A stretch of 47,557 nucleotides of DNA, taken from contig JAUCBJ010007416.1 in NCBI GenBank assembly GCA_032718475.1, forward strand, positions 1 to 47,557, written 5' to 3'. This DNA is from Nemertoderma westbladi (Eukaryota > Animalia > Xenacoelomorpha). Positions within the stretch are counted from its first letter, which is position 1, and every line of letters starts with the position of its first letter. Below the pieces are notes generated by a model. The model worked only from the letters and a program-made list of their open reading frames with translations, was not told where the DNA came from and searched no databases. Both the position numbers and the translations under genes were made by a program. Shown in pieces: positions 12,173-21,200 of the stretch.

Positions 12173-13621
12173 TTAGTCTTTCTTGCGCGGACGGCGTTTA
12201 CGCAGTTTCTTAAAGCTAGCCAGAGTCTTTTTCTCTTTGGGGCGAGCCACTTTACAAGGAGGGCTATAACTCCTGGGTGAAGGGTGCAATATGATTGCAT
12301 CAGAGGGTATAGGATTATGGTCGGTGTATCCGCCAGTCGAAGTACCGGGTTGATTGACATCAACGTCAGGGGAGAGGGGTCTAATGGCTTTGAGAGCTCG
12401 TTTCAAGACAGCCGCTCTTACGGGTCCTTTACGAGTGGTCTGAACGAGGGCCGTGGGTGGACCATAAGCAGTTAGAAACCTCCGGGGTTTAATGGTCCTT
12501 TCCAACTCGCGTTCGCGGGCTCGGTATTCGTAAGGCCGTCGATATACTTCCTGTAACTCGGGGTGTGAGTTAACAAACAAGTCTCCATAGTCCGGATCCT
12601 GACGGATATAATTGATTAAGTTATAGGAATGAAGGTCGCTAGGATTAACACTCCTGAGAAATTTGCGAATGAATTTGGTTGAAATACATTCTCCAACGCG
12701 CTTCAGTAGCTCGTAACTTGATATGCGTGATTTCTGTTCAACCGAAGCGAATAGATAAGGATGGAACGCATAAACTCCTTCGTAAGCGCGTCCGGGATAA
12801 TAGCGATGGCGCGAATCACAATGTAAATCAGCGTTCGCTTCCCAAGCTCTGATGTAACGTAGTGTGATCATTTCATCTACGCTTTCCAAATCGTGATTAA
12901 AAGGGCAATCGAAACTGGCATGTCCCTTTAGTTGACAATGGTGACATTGAGTCATAAATTGAGGGCAAACCGCAAAGATATGCAAGTTATTGAGTCTGCA
13001 ATATGCGCAATAAATTTCCATAGTCGGTTGTTCTTGGAAATAGGAACAGCGGACGTTGGTGTCCATGGGCGTATCGTGGTCTCTCGATGCGCATAACCGA
13101 CAACGTTGCCGAGAAACATAGTTGGCATGGCGATAATTGTACGCAGTGAGACACTGTGGACCTTGATACCATTCTAGGATGTAATCGTTGTCGCTGTTCC
13201 GGGCGCGATAGGCTGAATCTCCTCAGATTCTAGGCATATTGGTTCGTCTTCCCAGTCCGTTACGAATAGAATTTTCGTGACCTATTCTCGGTTTATCGTT
13301 ACGACTCCGCTGGGTATGATATTTAAATAGAACCATTTCCCTTTCGGTGTCTACATCGTCCGTATCATGTAAATCGATAGGATGGCCGGTAGTTAGGAAG
13401 TCCATATACGTACTATTACGATGCGTATAGCGAGCGGTGAATTTTCGATAGTCCAATTCACGCGTAAGTTGCTCTTGCGACATCGGCGGTTCGATATAAC
13501 GACCATCGTCCTCCGTAATGGTTGGATCGGCTTCACCGCGTATCAAGCTATCCACAAATGCTTGCAAAGGTAGAGTATATCATTCCCTGATACCAAGATC
13601 ATCTTCTATCAACTCCGTCAT
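12173..13621 (-). pseudogene. Accessory ORF2 of copy A, about 482 codons with two in-frame TGAs; CCHC zinc-knuckle protein with basic C-terminus
   Basis: ATG at 13621 (MTELIEDDLGIRE, as in B); TGA at 13580-13582 and 13223-13225. ORFs 13223..13567 and 12173..13066 share one frame. Motifs CRLCASRDH, CAYCRLNNLHIFAVC, CHHCQLKGHASFDC and terminal KKLRKRRPRKKD. Confidence 0.75.
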
Positions 13622-13701
13622 ATCTGTTATCTGAGTTTATTAATATTATAATGAGTTTATGTTTAGGCGAGCGGGCGTCGCTGCCTACCTTTCTTTGCCC
13701 C

Positions 13702-13806
13702 CGGACAGTGGGATTCTCAGCGCCGATGTACCGTCGTCGAGGTGTTTACGCCAACATGTAGCAACCGCACGACAACGATAACCAGCACAAGTCACTCCAC
13801 TGTCCG
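13702..13806 (-). other. Conserved RNA stem-loop upstream of ORF2-A
   Basis: Minus-strand pairings CGGACAGTGG/CCACTGTCCG, GTGCTGGT/ATCGGCGC and TATCGTTGTCG/CGACGACGGTA. Several pairs are G-U and work only on this strand. Confidence 0.6.
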
Positions 13807-14442
13807 TCCCAAAGGCTTGAATCCACTTTAGGTTCTTTCTATAGGAGAGTTGGGCTACTTTCACAATTGCGACTAGCTACTGTAAACACACCTTAGCAGT
13901 AACATTCACCTACAAACGCACAAATTCCACACAACTGTCACCAATTGTACACATACAGGCCATTTGTCCGTTAGGCAGTGCCTTCCAGAATGTCACGTTA
14001 TTACTGTGTATCCTTGGATACTAACAGTGTGCTATGTATTCTCTATGCTATGCAATGTGACAAGCTTTCTATTGTTTTCTTAACTTGCTTCTAATTCTAG
14101 CGTGGGTGTTGCTATGGTGACATTATGGAATGCTAGCGGTAGAATTAGGTTAATTCTCATGCATACAGATCTGGGATGCTATTTAATAATAATTCTTTAA
14201 TTGTCAATATCCTCTTTATGCATGATTTTATTAATTTTATCGGCTATTGACTATATGTTGGAGATTCTCGCACTCTAATACACTCAATAGGATGAATCTC
14301 CGCTCCCATGATCTATTAATTAATGGAATTTTGGGAATGTTATAAATTGTACAAAATGACAATTTATGAAATTCATTTAAAATATGAATTTAAATTTATT
14401 CCCGTGAATTTTATTATTTGATGTTAAAATTGACACAATTTG

Positions 14443-14730
14443 ATTCCAGAGCAGGTCTGGGGACATAGGATCCTTAATTCTATGAAATTTGTCTTTTAAG
14501 AGTATCGGTAAGTGCTACGATATCTTAATCGACTAGAATTGTTAACGGATCTGAATTTTACAGATTTTAATAAATATTAAATTAATATTTAAGATGGGCA
14601 CCGATTTATTCCAGAACTTGTCTGGGGACGTTAACCACTGATTCTAGAATTTGTCTTTCAAGTATATCGGTGGGTGCTGCGATATCTTAATCGACTAGAA
14701 TTACAGATGGTCAAAAAGTTTAACAGATTT
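14443..14730. repeat. Imperfect tandem duplication (period about 165 bp) in the pol-ORF2 spacer
   Basis: attccaga..gtctggggac..aatttgtcttt..tatcggt..gtgct.cgatatcttaatcgactagaatt occurs twice. Confidence 0.75.
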
Positions 14731-15250
14731 ATTTGCGTTTTACGCTACTGTTAGAGGGACATCACGCTACTATATGTATTATTTAATATAAGGTAGAAGA
14801 GCAATATCGCACGAAGCAATGTCAGTGTGAAGAGGCAAGTCGTTTCCAAGGTCTACCCAGAGCTTGGTTTAGCCGAGACACGAGGATCTGAACTTTGCAT
14901 TCCTAATACTCTGCCTACCAACAATACTTGAATATAGTAGTGGCTTTATTGTACTTTACTAAGTACGGACATTTCATCTTACTGTAGTCACGTATTTATA
15001 ATATGATATGGACAGTAAGGAAAGAGAAAAATAATTATTTTCTCGCCGTCGCACTAAATATATATTATAAGTAATTACGTACGTAATAAACACTAATATA
15101 TTGCACTAATCTACTAAATAATCACTAAAATAACATTCTACTAAATAAAATTGAATAAAAACGATTATAATAAAGTACATAATAAAGTTCGCATATAAAA
15201 ATATAACAAAATAGATAAAATAATATAGTCATACACCCACTCCAGACGTA

Positions 15251-18200
15251 TCACGTGGGGGAGTCCCTAGATGTTTGAGGAATTAGGGAGGTGGTCGTGG
15301 GAAGAGTGTCTTGCTTTCCATAGTTCCCGGAGAGTTCTCTGTCTCTTTCCAGTAAACATAAACGACCAACTGGGCGATTGAGTTGTTGCGTCTCAAAGAT
15401 TATGCCTGGCTTCTTGAAGTTACGCCGCATGACGATGAGTTCTACCGAGCGTACTAAACCATCATCTGAGATGTGGGTCTCGATGATACGACCTGTCTGC
15501 CACCGTTTACGTGGGAGGTCTGGATCTACAATAAGCACCATATCTCCGGCGCTGACGTTTTCTTGCTGCGCAAACCACTTAGTTCGAAGTTGTAGCGTGG
15601 GCAGATAATGTTTCTCGAAATGGTCAGCGAAACGACGGGATAGCAACTGCATAAGCTGCCATGTTCGACGGCAGTATTCGTCTCCGTCGGCAATCTCCGA
15701 TCGTGGGAGCATGGCTACAGGTTTCTTCAGTAGGAAGTGCGCGGGTGTTAGCGCTTCCAGGGAATCGGGACTCGATGAGACTGGCATAAGCGGTCTCTCG
15801 TTGAGATAGGCAGCGATTTCCTCCATTAACGTCCGCAAAAGTTCGTCGGTGAGATACGCGCGGCATGGCACTATAAAGTGAAATGCGGTTTTGACACTTC
15901 GAATTAATCTCTCCCAACTTCCTCCCCACCAAGGGGCGTCGGCGGCGTTGAAGGTCCAGCTAGACGCTGTTATCCTTAGCTGGTCGTCCACCTGTCTTTG
16001 GTTCCAGTCCTTCACGTAAGCCTGTATTTCGTTGTTGGCACCAATGAAGTTCGTTCCCTTATCCGATCTCATGGTATTACTCGTCCCGAAGCGAGCGATC
16101 TGTCGTCGTAAACTTAAGACGAAGCTGTTGGTAGATAGATCGTTCACCATATCGAGATGGATGGCTCTACAAGTCATGCACACGAAGATGACGCACCATC
16201 TCTTGACTATGGTCCTAGCACGATATACTTCAATAGGGCCAAATAAATCTACACCAGTATTAGTAAAAGGTGGTTCATAGAAGCTTACTCGTTCCCTAGG
16301 TAATTCTGCCTCTCGCTGTGTTAAAGGCCTACTGAATGCTTTTCTGCAGGGTATGCAGTTCCTAAGAACTTGGTTCAGAGCTCTACGGGGTTTATCAAAA
16401 TAATAGCGAGTTCGAATTTCGCTAAGAATTCGTTCTCTACCAGCATGATAAAGTTTACTGTGAACGTCTACAATCATCTTGATTTGTACTTCAAGATTTC
16501 TAATAAGTATGGGGAATTTGGTGTCAAAGGATAAGGGCGCATTGGTGAGTCTTCCTCCAACACGTATTAACCCATCTATCATTGTGCTCGAGAATCGATC
16601 CCTTAAGCGCATCTGCGGATTTCTTAACAACAGGAAATACTTTTCGGGATCCTCATAGCATTGCAGGAGTCTCAGTATCTGCTTATTGGTTTCTTCATGT
16701 TCCTGGTGACTAATTTTCTCCTTTAGAAAACGGTCAGATGTCTTATATTTGGGTAAATTTTTAATAACATGAACTTGTGCAGATGTCAATGGAGCGGTAT
16801 CACTAGTGTTCTTCGTCCTGGAGTAGTGATGATGAAGACATCGTCTTAAATATGTGACGGCTTTACAGAGCCGATTCCAGGAACTGTAATGACGCATTGC
16901 TCTCTGCAGCATGGGTGAGATTCCTTGCGAGACGTCTGGTATTCCAGATTTCCAATCTCTATCTCTAATTTCCACAACAGACTTATTTGTATTGAGGGAT
17001 TGTGGATCCGAAGCATCATTCCCGGAAGTATGTAATACAGATAGATCGATAGTCGGTTTAAATAACTTCGATTTACTCGCCCAGGTTTTAGGTTTGACTG
17101 TCTCCGCTCCCTTGGCTTGTCTAATCTCTGCCGTAGTAAGGTGAGGAGGCCATTCATCCTCTTCCTTGCTCAGGAAGTCGGGTCCACCCAACCAATCTGG
17201 AGTATCTATCAGTTCCTGTGGAGTTGCTCCCCTGGAGGCGATATCGGCTGGATTAATCGTACCAGGGCAATGTCTCCATTGATCTATCTTTGTGCGACTA
17301 AGAATAATAGCTACTCGGTTAGTAACAAAAACGCTGAACTGACAGACTTCATTGGTTAGATACTCCAACACGAGTAAAGCGTCGGTCCAATAAACCGTTT
17401 TCTCCAGTGGATAATCGATTTGTTCCGTTACGTTCCGGCCGATGGCTGTAGCGTATAAAGCCGCCTTTAACTCCGCTCGAGGAACCTTTACCTTGTTGTT
17501 AATCAATGCCTTAGAGGTAACCAAGGCGACCTTGATCCCATCCGGAGTTTCGACTCGCAGATATGCTACTATACCTATTCCCATGTCGCTGGCGTCTCCA
17601 AACACATGGAGTTGATAAGAGTACATAGGGAGAACATGGCCAAAATATGCACGGGAAATTATAAAGTTCTCGATGGCAGGTAGAGAATCTTCCCATTTCA
17701 TCCATTTCCTTAACAATTCTCCCTTAAGCGGATCGTCCCATGAGTGGTTTTCAAGCCACATTTGTTGTACTAAACTCCGAGCAATCAATATAACTGGGCT
17801 AATAAATCCCAATGGGTCGAAATAAGTGCTCAGGATACTTAAACAAATCCGTTTGGTCCGAACTGGATTATCTCGCTGTTTGAGCTGAAAAAACAGGATG
17901 TCTCTTTCAGTGTCCCACTTCAAGCCAAGCGTCTTGGTTTCAGGAAGATCGTCCTTTATTAAGTCTAGGTCTTTCGCTCCGCGGTCTTCTACCGGTATCG
18001 CTTCCAGAAACTCACGGGAGTTGCTGGTGAATTTCGTCAGTCGAAATCCACCTCTTTTCAAACACTCTACCGTTCCTTTCGCGACATCTATGGCTTCTTC
18101 TACTGATGGAAGGGACCTTAAATTGTCGTCCATGTATATATTCCGTTTGATGTTGTCTATCACCTCTTTTGAGAAGGAGTCTCGGTTGTCATTCGCAGTG

Positions 18201-21200
18201 GTTCGCACCACGGAGCAGGCGTTGGAAGGGCTTGATATGATTCCAAAAGCCTGGATGGTCATCCAATACTCTACCGGTTTCTGATTGAGGTCTCCTTCAG
18301 GCCACCACAGAAATCTCAGGCTGTCTCTATCTCTATACAGCGCCTTGACTTGTAAGAACATTCCTTCTATATCTGAGGCGAACGCGATGGAATATTGTCT
18401 TAATCTTAAAAGTATTCCCAACAAAGATTGGAGTAAGTTGGGTCCTGGTAACAACTCGGAATTGAGGGATTGGCCCATATATAGGGCGGAGCCATCGAAT
18501 ACGACTCGTACTTCGTGTGGTTTACCGGGTTTGGGAACGTAATGATGCGTTAAGTAATACGTTCTCTCAGTCACTGGTGTTCCTTCCGGTACTCGCTCCG
18601 CGTATCCATTTGTTATAAATTTCTTCAGCTGAGTTTGGTACATTTCTTTCGCTGAAGCATTAGCTGTAAGTCGTCGATGTAATTGAGCGATTCTTTTCTC
18701 TGCCAAAGGTCTGTTATTTATAAATCTAGGTTCTCGTTTTCGAAATGGTAGGCCGATTTCATATCTACCTTGGTCTTTTAAAAAACGTGTAGTTGTTTCC
18801 TGGATTTGCTTGGCTCTTTCTTCTTCTATCGATAGAGCCTTATCATATGAATTGGGCTCTACCAGTTCCTGAGTAAAGAATCGTACGGCTAGTTCGTCCC
18901 GAGTTCTAGCGTTGTAGCATTCTATCTCATCGTTTAGTTCGTCATTGTAAGCGATGGGTTCCGATGGGCGAATCAGTTGACATAGGTTCACCTGATTTTT
19001 CCAAGTTTGGTTTTCTGTAAGTAGGTCGATTGTATTCTCTTCATCGAAGAGTTGGTAGATGTCGTCATTATCTGAGGAGTATGGCGTTCCCTCAGTTAGT
19101 TCGTCCACCTCACTGCTCTCCACTTCCCAATCGTTTACTTGGTATATTTGTTCTTGGGGCATTCTCTCTTCGAGAGTCCTGCGGGAAGGGCCAGTAAAGT
19201 ACCAACCTACTCTAGTTCTTACCGCATAGGTTTGCAGTGGCTGTGGTTGAGCAGGCCATTTCTCCAATGTTTCGAGCGCTTCATGCGCGTTTTGGCCGAT
19301 GAGTATTTGCACTCCAGGATAATCTGTCTGGAATCGAGGTATCTTAAGATGTTGGATGCTCTCATCCTCGTCCCAATTATAAAGGTCTGCTTGAGTAGTA
19401 GCGAAGTTCTTTATAGCCACCATTTTTACCGACCTTATACCTTGTGCTCCTAACTTATCCTGGGGGGTAGACAACACACCTACATAGTAATCTGCCGTTA
19501 GGGTAGATTTCCAAACCTGCATAATTCCTGACATATTCAACTTAGTCCGGAACTTGGGTTGTCCAGTAAAGATATCTTTGGCTAGTTCTTGATCGATGAA
19601 TGTTCCTGTGCTGCCGGAGTCAAGGAGGGCGTTCACTATGTAACTTTTGTTAAGACCGTGAACTCTTACCTGCACTACAGGAAATTCTCTGATTCCTACG
19701 TTGGAAGTTGGAGCTTTCCAAGATGGTTGTTTGGCAAAAGTAGTTGGGGGAAACTCATCGTTGGTGTCCTTTTCATAAGTAAGTGCTCGATACACTGCGG
19801 TATTGATTAGATAACAGGATTCGTTGGCGTCGGAGAATTCGTCAGTATAGAATCCTTCCATCTCAGATTCTTGATCAGTGTCGTTTACATCACTGAATTG
19901 GACATGTAGTTCGGGCTCACTTACCTGACTCAGTTTGTCTCGTTCAAACTCACTGTGTAACAAGATGTGATGTTTCGCGCCACACTTTGCACACTTTATA
20001 TCGGAGTAACAGGTTCGCCGTTGGTGTCCTGGTCTGAGGCAATTATAACATAACCGCTTGTCCCACACGACTGCACGTCTGTCTACAAGGGATTTCTTTA
20101 GAAATTCAGCACACGCACTCAAACGGTGGGTCCCGTCGCACAACGCACAGTTAGGTTTTATGTTACTCACTTTACCTTGGGTAACTTGATGCACTCTCGT
20201 TTTTTCTTCGGGTTTTCTTCGGTGCATTCTGTTAGGAGACTGAGGGGGGGTCTTGGCAACCTGTTCTCTCCTATTGTTGTTTCGAGCCTTGTATTTACTT
20301 ACATCTTTTGAGGTTTTGTCAACGTAGTAAGATCTCTCAGTGTCTTTCCCGCTGTCCTCTTCTTGAGAAGCTTGGCTTTCGCCGTCGTCAGTGTAACACA
20401 CCGGTGTTACTCTTCTCCTAGAAGCGGGTTTCTCACTTACCTTATTTTCCGATGTTTTCTCTCTGGACTGCTTGATGAGTTGTAGTTTTACTTCACCATC
20501 TAAGAAGGACATGAGATCAGCCATGGTAGGACTTCGTCGTTGTTGTTCATTTATGTACAACACTTTCTTGTCCCAGCGTGTACATACTCCACCCTTTGGT
20601 AAAGTAGAGACTACGGCTCCAATAACCATTGAACTCTGATATTCATGAGACTTACCTAACCAGTCCAATTGTCTACAGATCTCCTGAATTTCATTGGAAA
20701 ACTCTATAATCCCGCTACTAAGGAAGTGTCGGGGGGCTACTAATTTTGCATACAAATACTTAGCTATGTTATCCTTGTTACCATACCTGATGTTTAATGT
20801 ATCCCATACCTGTCTTAATCCTTCTGGATGTCCAACAAACTTTAACGCCATTAACCTGGGAGGTCCTTCCAAGCACTTGATGAGGAACCTAAGTTTCTCT
20901 CCGTTAGATAGTACAGAGTTTTGTATGCTATCTTTGTAATATTCGTTGAAAGGTAACCATTTCATCTCATCTCCATTGAATTTGACGATCTCTCCCACTT
21001 TGACCGCTTGGCGGGCTTCTGTTCTAGCCATCTGATGCGTAAAGCTTTCTTGGGCCATCGTGTTATTTAATATCGAATTATCAGTATATAAATTTCTCGG
21101 GTCATTGTCAGGTCTATAGGGGATATCGTTAATAACAGGTCTATAATCACCCTTAATAGGGTTTGCTATAGGAGTTTCTACTTCACTAGCAGTATAGATG

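Noticed and set aside
13702-13806. SECIS element or selenocysteine recoding of the in-frame TGAs
   Set aside because: The GUGA/UGA loop is suggestive, but the upper helix is far longer than in SECIS and the hairpin lies 5' of ORF2. Three of the TGAs align with CGA in the sister copy.
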